A stretch of 64,000 bases of DNA from Phoronis australis (Eukaryota > Animalia > Phoronida): positions 52,443 through 116,442 of the forward strand of contig NMRA01000346.1 of assembly GCA_002633005.1 (NCBI GenBank), given 5' to 3'. The position numbers and the translations under genes are program-made. This document shows, piece by piece, positions 48,501 through 62,445 of the stretch. Each line of letters opens with the position of its first letter. The stretch's first letter is position 1. Below the pieces are notes generated by a model. The model made no database searches and was not told where the DNA came from. It worked only from the letters and a program-made list of their open reading frames with translations.

Positions 48501-51500
48501 AACGACATCAGGCGAAACAACATCGGAATGTTTCAGCTCCGTCAATCAAGACATAAAATCAACGTATGAGGATCACCTCCTTATTTGTTACGAAGCCGGG
48601 TAACACGTTCCATTGCAAGCGTAAACAACTGACAAAACAAATTTGGATTTGCTTGTCGAATACTCAGTCATGTCAGATGATATAAATCTATGTCAAACGT
48701 CGAGTGTCACCTTTTCGTTGTTATCTTAATTTCTTGCACCAGTAATAAATGCACCTGATAACTGGACCGGGAGGGGTGGGGTGCCGCTCTGAAAATTCTG
48801 AAGATATCTACCCATTTCAGCACAGGTCTGTTTTAAAAATTCAAAAAGCACATTGTTAGAGAGAGTACTTTGTCGAAAATGGCACTGACCCTTTTGGGCG
48901 GCATGTCGCTTATATATACACCTCTTCTATAGATTAACCCTCCCCCCCGTAACTGGATCATCTCAATGACGGAGTCTTACAGCTTCGGAATTTAGCCCTT
49001 CCCCGCACTTATTTTAGTGTTTCGCGGCCCGTGTATGGTGAAGTGCACGAATATCATGTCGAGACGCGAATAAAAATTGTAGAGCTTCAGACGAAGACGT
49101 TTAAAACTAGCCACATGATGACCGTTTACACTGCGATTAGTCGTGTGCATCTTGGTATTGACTTCGTGTATGTTTTTGTCAAACGCAGTCTGTAGTAGAC
49201 AACATTCAGCACCATACAGACTTCCCTTGAGTCGAGGTCGTGGCGAAAAATCTTCGGAGCAAAATCTCACATGCTTGATTATCTACAAGCCGTGCACGAC
49301 TTGTAGTCGATTTGAAACACCTGTCTCACTCCATTAGTCGGATCAGTCGATTACTGTTAGCCGTATCAGTCGATTAGTGTTTGCTGTATATGATCAAATG
49401 AAGCAAGACAACACTTCGCGTCTACTATACAGCGTTAACCCATGCACACAGAAGATTCAATCGTTGGCCCGAACTAGCTCGGCGAGTAGAGCGCAAGATA
49501 TAACCCGCCTGGCTCCACAAAAAACATTTTGAATTAGGCCACTTACCACTATGAAATTTGGACTCAAATTAGGTGATTTCGGAACTTGGCGAACCGACGG
49601 TTCGTCATTGCTAGTCTAGAGACCAAACCGACTACTGTAATTTCGATCCACACACGGCGTGTCATTGATCTAGGCAACGTGCAATCTCGATAACGAATAA
49701 CGCACTGCAGTTCTTTGAAAGCAATTTGTGTCACTTCTTGTTTGAGTAAGCGACAAATTGAGACTAATTTTAAAATAGCGCATGGTCTTAATCAAATTTA
49801 CTTCATTTAGCAGATGGTGGGTTTACAGACACTTCTTTCTGCTTCTTAAAACCTTGCTACGGACATTAACGTAAGGTAGTTCAGTATAAACTTGAGTCCA
49901 AATGATGATCATTCAACAAAACTTCAAATGTTTTTCAATGAATTTATATGAATTTTTAGTTTATTACTTTGCCAAGCCCTTTTGAAAAATGTGAGCCTTC
50001 TCTCTTGTCCGCCGACCTAAAAAAATATCTTGTTCTTTTTACTGAAAACTTAGTTTTCAGTGTGCTCAATAATGTGATTTTACGTACACAAAAATATTGC
50101 CCAATGTTAACAGTCGTGTGGTAAATATTGCCCAATGTTAACAGTCGTGTGGTAAATATTGCCCAATGTTAACAGTCGTGTGGTTGTATTTCCCAAAAAA
50201 TGCATTTTTTCAGGGAGTGACTAACTGTCACACATGTAAAAAGTTGGTTTACCCATCATTGAGGCAAATTACGCAGTAGAATTTGATTACATGACGGACT
50301 TCCAGGGACCAGTCTAAAACATTCGTTGAAGCCGTGGTCCGTTGTAACCAACTCAACTTTTTAGGGAAAATAAAAACCACATAAAAGCGTGAACGTAACA
50401 AACGAGTGTCATGTATTTAACCGACGCAACTCAACTGCTAAAATATGTATTTTATTAGCAACTGCTTTCTGCCAAAAAACGAAGAAATTCCGTAAAACTT
50501 CGAAAGTCTCGATTTTTAGAAACCAAGTCTTCGCATTAAGGAAAATCCCAGGCTTCTTAATGCAGCTAATACAACGAAGTAAGTGGGCTTTAAATTTCTT
50601 GGAAGAAGCTAGTAATATTAAAAAATCACGATTTTCTATGGAAAAAACTATGGTGTCAGTATTTTCTTGTGCAGTAATAAGGTTCTGTGGTCATCAAGAA
50701 ATTTGAATGCATTGGGTTGAGGCAAAGACTCATCAAAGAAAACAAGTCGATTTGTAGGAATTGTCGTAACGCAGCATTAAATCACAGCACTCCTCCCGAT
50801 ACTGTATGATTAAAGCCACACTTTTCGTCAAAAGCGGGTTTCGGATTCATTCCACTTGCCACTGGCCCTGTCTAGGTTCCTTGCTTAGTTTACAAATTCT
50901 CATTGTTCTCGACAACAACTATCAGTTTATTTTCCTGACCAAGCTCAGTTGTTGTCGGGTCACCCCTTGACCGGATTTTTTTCGAGATTGATTTGAAGAA
51001 TTGACGAACTACCATTTCTTTACAAACATTGGCAGAAATCACATCTCATTTTACTAAGAACTAATATGAGACCAGTGTTAAGTGGAATAAATCAAAGTTT
51101 GTATTTAGAAAGAAAGTGCGGATTTAATTCCACATTAGTGAACCTCTAACATGTTGATGTTGATTTCTTGAATCGCAGTGATCTCTTATTAGTATAGTTT
51201 TGCAAACAAATGACAGTTGTCATGGTCCACTCAGTGACTCCCTCTCAGTCCACTCAGTGACTCCCTCTCAGTCCACTCCTGGAATACCCTGTAAAGAAAC
51301 ATTGACTGAATGTCTAACAAACGTGTGGAGCACTTCTGTAACATGTACCCCATTACAAGTTGACAGGTAAACTAGATTTAGTTATTTGGGTCATGACACA
51401 AGTTCTACCTGCAACGGGGCTCGATATAAACCAAACTGCCAATAGCTTTATCAAACTGTTTATTTCGCAGATTTCAATCCTGTAACAAATAAAACAATAT

Positions 51501-52840
51501 TTACAACGGGCTTGAACCAGATACAATTCACGGTATATGATTTACATAGATCTGCCACATTATATGTTATGAGAAACACATAGTTAGCAATTCATCTATT
51601 TCACAAAACAGTTTACACATACTAGAATAAACAAAAAATAAGGAAACACCTACTAAGTCAATATGAGTTAGATGATCCTCGGCTGTCTTTTTGATTAATA
51701 ATTCATAACTGAAATACAAAATTACTCCATCAAGAATCAACATTAGGCCTTTTAATCTCATAATGTTCCTTACACCATGTCATTCTATTTCCCTAAGCAA
51801 CAAGAACATCAAAACCATCAAGGACTCATGAAAATGGTTTATAGATCATTGGAATTGTCAAACCTGAAGATGGCGCACGCATGCATTGTCTGTGACTTGA
51901 GCTAGGTAATGGTACTCTTAGTGAATCTGATCATGTTAAGGGATATTACGAGACCCAGCCAGTTGATCAGCCAAAATGCATCTTTAAGAGGGCCAATAAA
52001 TTGTCACAGTTGTCCAGTCTCAAGATTGTACTGGCTTTTTGAATTTCCATATTTAGCCTTTTATTAACAGAATGGTAGTGAGATTTGTAAAAATTTATTA
52101 TTACAACTCACTCTGGAAGTATAATGCAATTCACACATTGAATAATCCCACAAATCTCACTCCTGTTACATTGATCAAGCCACATGAGCTGCTGGCTTAA
52201 CTTCATAAACGTCAAACATACCACTGACTATCGCTTGGTACACAAAGTTCTCTGAAAACACAGGTCAACTAATGAGTTGTAATTATCAATTAACAGTCTT
52301 GAAAGACATCAAAAACATACAGTGCTACAGGACACTGGACAGTTATGAACACCTAAAATAGTGTTCAGTTAGGCTGCCTTGAACGTTTGCAACAATACAG
52401 ACTAAAGCCTTATTTGAAAAATGGAAAAACTGTTTGTAATAAAGAGCATGAAAAACTGTTTGTCATAAAGAGCATGTCGGTCCCAATTTGATTCGTTCAC
52501 ACTACATCACTTACAAAATCTCGTAAATTAAACCAAAACAATACACAGAAATGCACACCACAAATGTTAATCCCTTCCTTCTCCAACTTCACCTGCAATA
52601 AGTAATCACCCAAAACTGACCACAAAATACCGTGACAGTTGCCGAAATGTTCCATGAAACAGTAACTTATCAACATCGCATTAGTTACCTTGATTACCTA
52701 CACAAAACAAAGTTGATGTAGTTATGTCACAGCAAACTTGTTTACCCCTAACTGTGAAGTGTGGTGTAAAATGACACAACTAATGAGCAATTAGACCCTG
52801 TGGTTCTCAGTTCACAGCTCATTCACAACAAAAATATTCT

Positions 52841-52980
52841 GCTTATGGCACAGTGACGTCACAGTGTAATAATGCAACTTATGGCACAGTGACGTTACAG
52901 TGTAATAATACAACTTATGGCACAGTGACGTTACAGTGTAATAATGCAACTTATGGCACAGTGACATTACAGTGTAATAA
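52841..52980. repeat. 36-bp tandem repeat (4 copies) built from the last codons and stop of the PON-like gene
   Basis: cttatggcacagtgacgttacagtgtaataatgcaa x4; on the minus strand it reads LLHCNVTVP*VA. Confidence 0.9.
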
Positions 52981-53118
52981 TTTGGTGAAGACTGTGCCTA
53001 TCAGTAGATGATGTTTGTAACGCGCTCCAACTGTTACAGCAGATACTGTATCACCATCATCAGCAAACATCTCAGTCACCTTGGCATTCATCACGTCATC
53101 AAATCGAACGCGGATTAC
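52951..53118 (-). CDS. PON: Paraoxonase/arylesterase-like, last exon
   Basis: ttccacag acceptor. VIRVRFDDVMNAKVTEMFADDGDTVSAVTVGARYKHHLLIGTVFTKLLHCNVTVP* matches the PON C-terminus (LLIGTVF..L.C). Confidence 0.9.
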   Translation of the reverse strand, partial: VIRVRFDDVMNAKVTEMFADDGDTVSAVTVGARYKHHLLIGTVFTKLLHCNVTVP

Positions 53119-53585
53119 CTGTGGAAAGATTTGGAAGTGTTAAGCTTATGGTAGAGTATCCCCAATTTAGCGCACAATATGGCCGACAAGTGAAATTTTA
53201 TTTTGTCATTTTCCACAAAAGATATGTAGCACCAAATGATATCACTTAAGTTTTGTATCATAGCTACAATCTAACAGTTTTGTACCATATCTACAATCAA
53301 ACAGTTTTGTACCATATCTACAATCAAACAGTTTTGTACCATAGCTACAATCAAACAATGTTGTACCATAGCTACAATCAGTTTTGAAAATTTATGGGCA
53401 TTCACAAAAATCATGTTTAAAAAATGAAAAAGATCATTTTTGGCGATTATTTTTGTCGGAATTTGGTGATATTTTACCGTTCCTAGGTAAATATTATCAA
53501 ATCTGTTTGTTTCTGAGGAAACTGGAACATCATGTACTCTGTTTCAGTGTCATTTAATGATAGTTTGTAGATTGATAACCATGTG

Positions 53586-54612
53586 AACGTGTAGGTTAAC
53601 GCATGCGAGCGAGTAGGCTAACGCACGCGAGCGAGTAGGCTAACGCACGCGAGCGAGTAGGCTAACGCACGCGAGCGAGTAGGCTAACGCACGCGAGCGA
53701 GTAGGCTAACGCACGCGAGCGAGTAGGCTAACGCACGCGAGCGAGTAGGCTAACGCACGCGAGCGAGTAGGCTAACGCACGCGAGCGAGTAGGCTAACGC
53801 ACGCGAGCGAGTAGGCTAACGCACGCGAGCGAGTAGGCTAACGCACGCGAGCGAGTAGGCTAACGCACGCGAGCGAGTAGGCTAACGCACGCGAGCGAGT
53901 AGGCTAACGCACGCGAGCGAGTAGGCTAACGCACGCGAGCGAGTAGGCTAACGCACGCGAGCGAGTAGGCTAACGCACGCGAGCGAGTAGGCTAACGCAC
54001 GCGAGCGAGTAGGCTAACGCACGCGAGCGAGTAGGCTAACGCACGCGAGCGAGTAGGCTAACGCACGCGAGCGAGTAGGCTAACGCACGCGAGCGAGTAG
54101 GCTAACGCACGCGAGCGAGTAGGCTAACGCACGCGAGCGAGTAGGCTAACGCACGCGAGCGAGTAGGCTAACGCACGCGAGCGAGTAGGCTAACGCACGC
54201 GAGCGAGTAGGCTAACGCACGCGAGCGAGTAGGCTAACGCACGCGAGCGAGTAGGCTAACGCACGCGAGCGAGTAGGCTAACGCACGCGAGCGAGTAGGC
54301 TAACGCACGCGAGCGAGTAGGCTAACGCACGCGAGCGAGTAGGCTAACGCACGCGAGCGAGTAGGCTAACGCACGCGAGCGTGTAGGCTAACGCACGCGA
54401 GCGTGTAGGCTAACGCACGCGAGCGTGTAGGCTAACGCACGCGAGCGTGTAGGCTAACGCACGCGAGCGTGTAGGTAAACGCACGCGAGCGTGTAGGTAA
54501 ACGCACGCAAGCGAGTAGGCTAACGCACGCGAGCGTGTAGGTTAACGCACGCGAGCGTGTAGGTTAACGCACGCGAGCGTGTAGGTTAATGCATGTGAAC
54601 GTGTAGGTTAAT
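53586..54612. repeat. Satellite array, 22-bp unit, ~46 copies (PON intron)
   Basis: gtaggctaacgcacgcgagcga is nearly invariant in the core, with variants at the edges. Confidence 0.97.
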
Positions 54613-55180
54613 GGCGGTAGTGTAGAATGAAAATAACGCTGTAAGAACTCAATTTTGTGACCTGAAATTTGTGAATATTTAATGCCGCAGGTTAGAGCAT
54701 AATTTAAGCATTTTTTGATGACCTAAAATCAATTTTGGGGCGTAAAAATGGCGGGAAAATTTTGCCACTTCTAATTTATGAATAAGAGTTGGATTTTGAA
54801 AAAACGACCTGAGATTTTGGCTAGGACGCAAAATGCGACTTCGCTATTTTCATAGCGTCGAGCTCTGCTAATGTGTGGGCACATCAAGACATCAAAACAT
54901 GGCTAAAGAAGGTTCTAGTAAATTTATTGAAAAATATCCCTATAAAACAAACAATGCACCTTAAAGCAAATTAATGAGGCAACTGCTTAATTTGCACAAA
55001 CCTAACAAGTAATGACACACAACCTCATTATTCGACTGAAAATTCCCTAAAACTCGTGATATTCAGTTACTTCAATCACTCAATGTCAAATTGAGTTGAT
55101 TACATTGGTTAATCCTGTTACAGCTGGCACATAGTATTTTCAGTACTAGATAAAGTCATTACTTCTGCCTGTCAACTAAC

Positions 55181-55315
55181 CTGTGAGGCAGCAGGTAGAT
55201 GTGAATTCTTAAGGTGTTCTGCCATCTCGTGTATCTTGGGTTGACAGCCAAGGTAGACATCACCTGTATCTTTCTCAACATAAACATTGTCAGGGTTGGT
55301 GTGTAGCGCGACAAC
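55181..55315 (-). CDS. PON: Paraoxonase/arylesterase-like, internal exon
   Basis: catttcag / gttagt boundaries. VVALHTNPDNVYVEKDTGDVYLGCQPKIHEMAEHLKNSHLPAASQ; the DN corresponds to PON1 D269/N270. Confidence 0.9.
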
Positions 55316-56286
55316 CTGAAATGACAATAGAATGGGAGCCTTGATATAATTGCATTGAAGTGTTTAAGGCACCAAAAATGCCAAAAAACAACCCCACCAC
55401 ACGACCAGCTGCTAAATCTCAACACCCGCAATCACTATATGACAATATTTTAATTAGTTGAACTCTAATTACAAGCCTTTATTGGTTGATGTATGCTACG
55501 AAGAACCAGTACAACGAATCACAGCATTATAAATAACCAGAGCACTGACCTATCAGAACAAAATTAATCACAACATTACGCATCCTCCATTGTGTTTAGT
55601 GTGAAGTCATCAGACATAGCTGCTTGTTTTCCCGTAAAGAATAGAGAGGTTTCACATTTGTGGTGGTTGTGACGAGCATCATGTGACTCTTTTTACTTTC
55701 CCGCGACACATCAGAGAAGCATGGATAAGGTGTTGGTGGACACAACACACTGGCGCTGGATAAGTTCATACATCACACTCTTGTACGTGGAACAAAAAAC
55801 TTTCAATTAAAGCTGTGTTTTATCTATTTTATTTGTTTTTGGGATATTGAATTAACGGTTGTGATATGTTGTGCTATAAAGGAAGGTTTGTTGATAATGC
55901 AGTCACTTGTCAAAACACCGTAAATAGTGGTTTAAAGCACTTTAAAACAATTTGTAATATATTTGTCCAACCTGATCCAAATGAATTTGGAGCTACATTA
56001 TGTGGAACACCGTTTCTTGTAATTATTCAAGTGACTCTTTCTCACCTAACATTTAAGTCACAAAGTGACCCTGGGCAGCATGTCAATATTTTACAGATAT
56101 TTGACCACTTGTACATCAGGTATATTATTTCATTTTTGTAACTTCATAGTCAGATGTGAATCAACAAAATATCACAGAATTTCAACTCTCAAAATTTGCT
56201 AGAACTTCAAATCTTAGTTTATGTAAGATTCAGATGCACCACTGTGTACCAATGATTAGTTATTTTGGAGATGACAAAACACTTAA

Positions 56287-57044
56287 AGGAGAATGCCACC
56301 AAAAGACAACGCATATTGTATCAGTTTAGATCGAGCAGTTCCCCTGGATAACAGCAAGTTCAGTTCTTTTACCCGACGCCAGATGGCAGACAAAGGTGCT
56401 GACAACCAATGAAGTCACAGGTTCTCACACAGTCTGCTCAGCAGTTCACAAGATGTTATTGGTGTCAACTGTTCGCTTGAATTCATCATTTTACGCCAAT
56501 AAATCACCAAATTTTGATGTACAACCCTTAACAAATACAATGAGTTTTTACACAAATGAGTCATATTACTTCGCTGTTATGGATTTATAGAAATTTTTAA
56601 TGTACCGTAGCTTACAAAGTTCAGTAGGCTAACTTATAGAGGTCGGTCGCGGGAAGTTTGGAGTCGGTTTGGTGATAAATTAGAATTATTCTTCCTTGAA
56701 CTACAGACAGGAGAGCACATCTGTGTGTTGTAATGTCACACTTGTGAATTTCATCTGTTCTAAAAACAAAATGCTCGTTATAACCCAGCGACTCGAAACC
56801 TGATCAGGCCCATCGCTGCCGCACTGGAGACATTACGAACATAAACCAGCCGGGTTATTAGGCTGCGAAAGCTGAAAACTGAACTTCCAGTCACTAAAAG
56901 ACTAGTGAACTAAAGAAATAATGTGCACATGAATACTTTGGTGAATTCACCACGAAATTGCTATCGTCAAAGGCTGTGAAGCCAGGTGCCCGTACCACAG
57001 ATGACTGTACAGGGAAAAGGAGTGCAACAACAATGATTTGAATA

Positions 57045-57084
<40 letters not shown>

Positions 57085-57743
57085 AAATAAAGATTCCTCT
57101 AACCTCTGACCATAGCATATAAAATTGAGTTATAATTTTACAACAAGTTTCTGTCAGCAAACACTGAATTAGCACGCACTCACACCTCGGTCAATTTGTT
57201 TTATTCCATCTGAAGCCAGTAAACCAGTATGATCTATTTATAGCTGATTTCTCAAAACCTTTGCATTCACGAACACTCCTAAGGTATTACAAATTGTATG
57301 TACTGAATCAGAATTTGACACTTTATTTTAGTTTTAAATGAACATTTGTAAGGATGAAAATAATTCATTTTCAAACAAAACCGCTTTGCCGGCCACAGAA
57401 ACGGAGATATTTCATGGCTTCATACTTGGTATTACGGCATACTTTTCATTCTTTACAGCTGGAAACCATTTCTTAAGCATTTCGGGTTGTAAAGGAACTC
57501 GTAAAAAAACACATACCCGCTTTGAAAAAGCTTCATGGTTCACACAAGCAGGAAAGATATGCCACAACATAGCAGCACACACTCAGCTGAAGAACCACTG
57601 ACATCGCTGCGTCGTGTACTGTTCTTCCTCACAGGTTAATGCGACACCTCTCAGCGAGGTGATATCGACTGTATACGAGGTGATGTGGATATAGACCGAT
57701 TAAGACGGTAACAAACACTAATTATAACTCGAGGCATTCTCCT
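56287..57743 (-). mobile_element. Kolobok-like element remnant with a THAP fragment (57400-57600)
   Basis: TTAA-aggagaatgcc ... ggcattctcct inverted termini (right TTAA degenerate). Minus-strand FLRVPLQPEMLKKWFPAVKNEKY...YEAMKYLRFCGR is homologous to 40260-40480. Confidence 0.55.
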
Positions 57744-57866
57744 TACGCACTAGACGCCTATACTTTCTGTGACAAACGAAAATGGGTTCGATACATCTAT
57801 ATAAAAGGAGAGCCATGTTTAAATCTTTATAATTTGTTTAGCTTATATGCCAAGAGTACAACTGAC

Positions 57867-57942
57867 CTTGACTGGCTGAAGCCGATGTTTCCCCATCACT
57901 TTGAAAACTCTCAATTCCTGGAACACATTCAGGTAAACGTAC
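57867..57942 (-). CDS. PON: Paraoxonase/arylesterase-like, 76-bp internal exon
   Basis: ttttattctag / gtcagt boundaries. (Q)YVYLNVFQELRVFKVMGKHRLQPVK; the phases fit both neighbouring exons. Confidence 0.85.
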
Positions 57943-60547
57943 CTAGAATAAAAGAGGTCCAAACACAAAAAAACAGATATGTAGGAAAACAAATTTTCAG
58001 ATGGAGTAGCACTACTCTTCTTTAATCACCTCTTTTTATATGTACATTCACTAAAATTTTGTATGGCCAATGTACTAATAAAATCAATGAACTGGTAACC
58101 AAACCCAGACAGAAGCACCTAGGGTGACTAACTCAAAGCCAATTTACCTTAAGTTTAAAATGACATACTTTAAGACCAGATGAAATTAAACACATGTAGA
58201 AATAGGTAAGATATTTTAAATTCGGGTAAAATATTTATTAAAAAACACAAGCTTTTAAGCCTTAATTGGTACGGCTCTTCATCAGTTACTGAGACAAGTG
58301 GGGTGAATGACTTTCTTACATCAATCTGATCAGAGCTATAAAGGGGAACAAGAGAAAATGAAGAAAAAGGGGGAGGAAATGGGAATAGTTCAAAGGTAGT
58401 GACTCATTTGACCCAACATGAAAGGTGGGCTTAATAAAGAGCCCATTGCCTCTCCCTTTTTCATTTTCTCTCATCCCTCACATTCGTAGTTCTAAACAGT
58501 TTGGTATAAGAAAGCCTTTTGCGTCATTTGCCTTCATATCTGATCAAAAGCCACATCACTCATTAAGGCTCAAAAGGTAGCGTTTTTTAACAAATATTTT
58601 TACCCTATTTTAAAGTGTTTTACTTGTTTTTGCATTGCCTTAAGGTAGCATATTATCAACTCCAAACCAACTTATCTTCACTTTAGAATAACTTAAGGTT
58701 ACCATTTGACTTACCCTAAGGCAACACTAAAACCCATCTTCTATAACAAGAACCAGCTTGTGATTAGATCACTTACTCCTACCAGACTGGTCGGGAATTG
58801 AACAATCACAAGCTCAGCCCTCTTGCGTAATGTTGACTAACAAACAATAAGTTTTACCCGGCAATGTGTTGTTTTTCGGGTAAAATGGCAGCTTGGAAAC
58901 GAAGGTGTGTCAAAAATGCTGTGTTCTAAATGGTCAGTTAAGCCGTCACTCAAAATCCTGGCGATAGTTCAATTGTTGCTAAGTCAAACTGGAGGTGAGT
59001 TCAGGACTTTGAAACAAGTTGACAATTGATAACACTTGCAACCATGTTCTACAAGTTAGAAGTTGTATTCAGGATTAAACCATGACTGTTCTCACATAAG
59101 GTAAGAAAGAAAAGATAGGGAATTTGGCTAACAAAATGGCACTGAAAAAAATACATTTAAAATGTAAAATAAAAATGTTTTACTAAAACAACAAACTGAA
59201 ATACCAGTGAGGGACCATATAATTAAACATTTAACAGTTACTTGGAAATAAAGGTACCAATGGATTCATTCCACTTGCAAAGATTTAAATTGAGATGACT
59301 CTACAACAGTGCACTAAGTAAGAAGTTACAATGAATGATTGCCAAAATTAACCTTGACCTGCAAGTAGAAATTGCCATTAGCACTAGACACAGTATGTTT
59401 ATTGATTAATTCGTTGAAGTTTGTCCTACATATATACTGGCTTGTGTCATGTCATTAAGACATTTGTGTAGAACTGTGCTGTGCTCTACTCACACCAAGT
59501 TTGATTCAGTCCAAGGTGGAGTACATACAGTAAATAATAATATTTGATAATTCATGACAGTGTCTTGGTATTGTAATTTTTTGTCAAGCATAGCCTCAAG
59601 GAATACCCATCTGTCATTTCTTTGCAAACAGGGAAACTACTTCCCATCAAAGTAAGCAACAAGTTGAAACTGAAAGCGCTCTGAGGAGCGAAACTTGGCG
59701 AAATTAACCAAAAAAAACACGTTCGAGAGGACGAGAAAAGGCGACGACAGAGATGATGACGAAGATGACAGCTATGACTACGATGGTGGCGATAATGGAC
59801 AACCCTAGTTATGATATCATTCACATAACGAACGTAGAGGTCAGAAATCACTAAGAAATAGGCTACAGTCTTGAGCGACATTTAGCGAAATTAACTGAAG
59901 AAAAGACGACGTCGGAGATGATGACGAAGATGACGAATATGATGATGGTGGTGGCCATGATCAAGAACATCATAACATTCATATGACAAATTTAGATGTC
60001 ATAAATCATCAAGAAATAGGCTACAGTCTAGTTCAATAGAAGCTAAACAAACCTGAAAGCAGCAAGAGCGCTCAACAAAGGAGCAGCGTTATCACAAAAT
60101 NCAACTTTAAATTATTATAGTAAGTAGTCTAAATCTTTAACTGAACACAGGTGCATCGGTGCACTGAAAAGTGGTCATAACATAAGCAGGCTTCAAGCTC
60201 ACCTTAGCACCACCATAGTAAGAAAAACAGTTACAAAACAGTGCTACGATGTGCTGTTACTTAATATAAACAGCAGAACCATCATTGCTTATGATTATCA
60301 TCACTATCGATTTTGTTATTATTATAATTATTGGTATTTCATTATCATTATTGTTATTTTATGCATTACTATCATGGTAATAATCTGCATACTCAGCACA
60401 CACAAAATCATATAATATAAAATAATATATTGTTCCTTAGTTATTTCGCATGAAACAACTTGGTGTGATTGCTCCACCTAATTAGCACAGAGCAAGTTTT
60501 GCACTTTGGAAAATGTAAACACAAATTCCAATCATTGGTTGTGTTAA

Positions 60548-61330
60548 AGGAGAAGGCCTTTTTTCATATCATTTTTAATAAAAATATTTTTCGGTTAATA
60601 ATGGGTTCCTGTAATTTTATTAGTTAGTAATGCCTTACTCCGGATGTGACGTTTAGGGGGTTAAGAATTTCCCACAATTTTGTTTTCATATAGTCTGACT
60701 GTGTGACCTGTCAAGTCAGTCATTGTTTTATCTCGGTTGTGGTAAGTTCAGTTGTTTGCGTTTGTTTACGAGTCAGTCAACATGACGCACAGTTGCTGCA
60801 TACCGGGGTGTACTCATTATCGCCTCGCGCACTTTGGGTGTGCCATTACGCCGCCTTCGGGAAAATTACACGATCCGGCATACTTGGCTCGTTCGTGTCA
60901 AGAACGAAGCGTTACTGTCCACGCAACGTATAAAGCAGTGGAGAATTACCGAGTGTGTGGCAAGCATTTTCTGCCGTTGGATTACGAAATAGATATGTAC
61001 GCGTAATTGATGGAGGTTCCTGCAAAACAACACATGAAGAAGGGTGCTGTTAATTCCTGGCAATGCCCCGTCGCCACCCCCGAGAAGTGCATTTTTGAAG
61101 TGAGTAGCCCCACGAGCTGTGGCCTCTACAGTGACTGGAGGCAATTCACCTACAGTCACCTGTGCCTCCGAACATACCCCACAGCGTGCAATTCCCGGAA
61201 CTAGCAATGATTCGCCCTGTGCTGGTGTTGTCTCCAGACCAGAGCCTATAAGCAGCCCTGCAGCGATGTTCAGTAGTGGGAGTGAATACAGGCCAAGTTC
61301 AACACCCATTGAGGAGGACAGTTTGTCATC
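60548..61330 (+). mobile_element. THAP-encoding transposon remnant (Kolobok-like left end)
   Basis: TTAA-aggagaaggcc terminus. MTHSCCIPGC...(frameshift) WLVRVKNE...YRVCGKHFLPLDY...*...MKKGAV is a disrupted THAP domain followed by a Ser/Pro-rich linker. Confidence 0.65.
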
Positions 61331-62139
61331 CAGTCATCAGGCCAGTAAGCCAATCTTTGATAAGTTTATTGTGGACTTGACCAAAAGTATTGGAGCTAAT
61401 TATAAGGTGCCAGTGTGTGGCAAGGGAGTCACACGGCTGGATGTAAGCCGTTTGAGTGCTCAGGTCACCATTCAGTGGGAACAGCATACTAGGCATTCCA
61501 TTGAGGTCGGCATAACAGCACACACCTTGCATTTTCAGCAAGACGTCTCACCACGTCTGTCCTCAGTCTCAGCTTTATCCCTCTCAACAGCTGTCTATAT
61601 TCTGCCTCACTATACTCGGGCTCAAACATATATCCACCTACTCCTACTACAAACTAACATTCCCAAATCCAAGTTAAACATAATTGACTTCTCTAACAAC
61701 TTAGCTTGTCGTAGAATACTCATCGATGGGAAGTGGTGACAATTTTAGGAAACTAGCACAAAACAACAGTAGAACAGATCATCACAGTAACTCGAACGCA
61801 CTAGAAATGTCACTTTTGAAGTAGTTGCACGACCAATTAATAAAATTATGGGGAGCCTTAAGGTGTGACGTGGATGAGCATGATGTTACTCAAGAGTTAT
61901 GTGGTCAAAAGATTGTTTCATCAATTACGTGTAAAGTACTCTTAATACTGAAACAGGATAAAGACACAACTGAAACATGAGAACCCTTACGCCGCAATTT
62001 GTCGAATTCGCACACGGGCAGTCGGCAATGCTTGTAACTACAAAGTCTGACATATTCAGTTAATTTGGCACACTGTGACTATCAGGAAAATATGTTCAAT
62101 TTATTTTGCACGAAATAAGTACAGAATTACAATATTATC

Positions 62140-62445
62140 AGAATACCACTCATATTATTGTAATTATTACCATTACCATTATCATTATTAGTGTTACTGA
62201 TGGTTGATTATAATATCAGAATACCACTTATATTACTGCAATTATTACCATTACCAATAATAGCACTCATATTATTGTAATTATTATCATTACCATTATC
62301 ATTATTAGTGATACTAATGGTTGATTACAATAATATCAGAATACCACTCATATTATTGTAATTATTATCATTACCAAGAATACCACTCATATTACTGCAA
62401 TCATTATCATTATCATTATCATTATTAGTGTTACTGATGGTTAGT
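62140..62445. repeat. Imperfect AT-rich tandem repeats
   Basis: Recurrent gaataccactcatattattgtaattattaccattacc units. Confidence 0.8.

Noticed and set aside
53586-54612. CRISPR-like array (also considered for the 36-, 46-, 54- and 57-bp repeats)
   Set aside because: Units are head-to-tail with no unique spacers, there are no cas genes, and the context is eukaryotic intron DNA.
59495-59610. Candidate PON exon (WVFLEAMLDKKL...)
   Set aside because: Poor acceptor; 57867-57942 fits the PON alignment, splice signals and phases much better.
61119-61739. 206-aa ORF as a host gene
   Set aside because: It is the Ser/Pro-rich continuation of a disrupted THAP transposon fragment, antisense within a PON intron.
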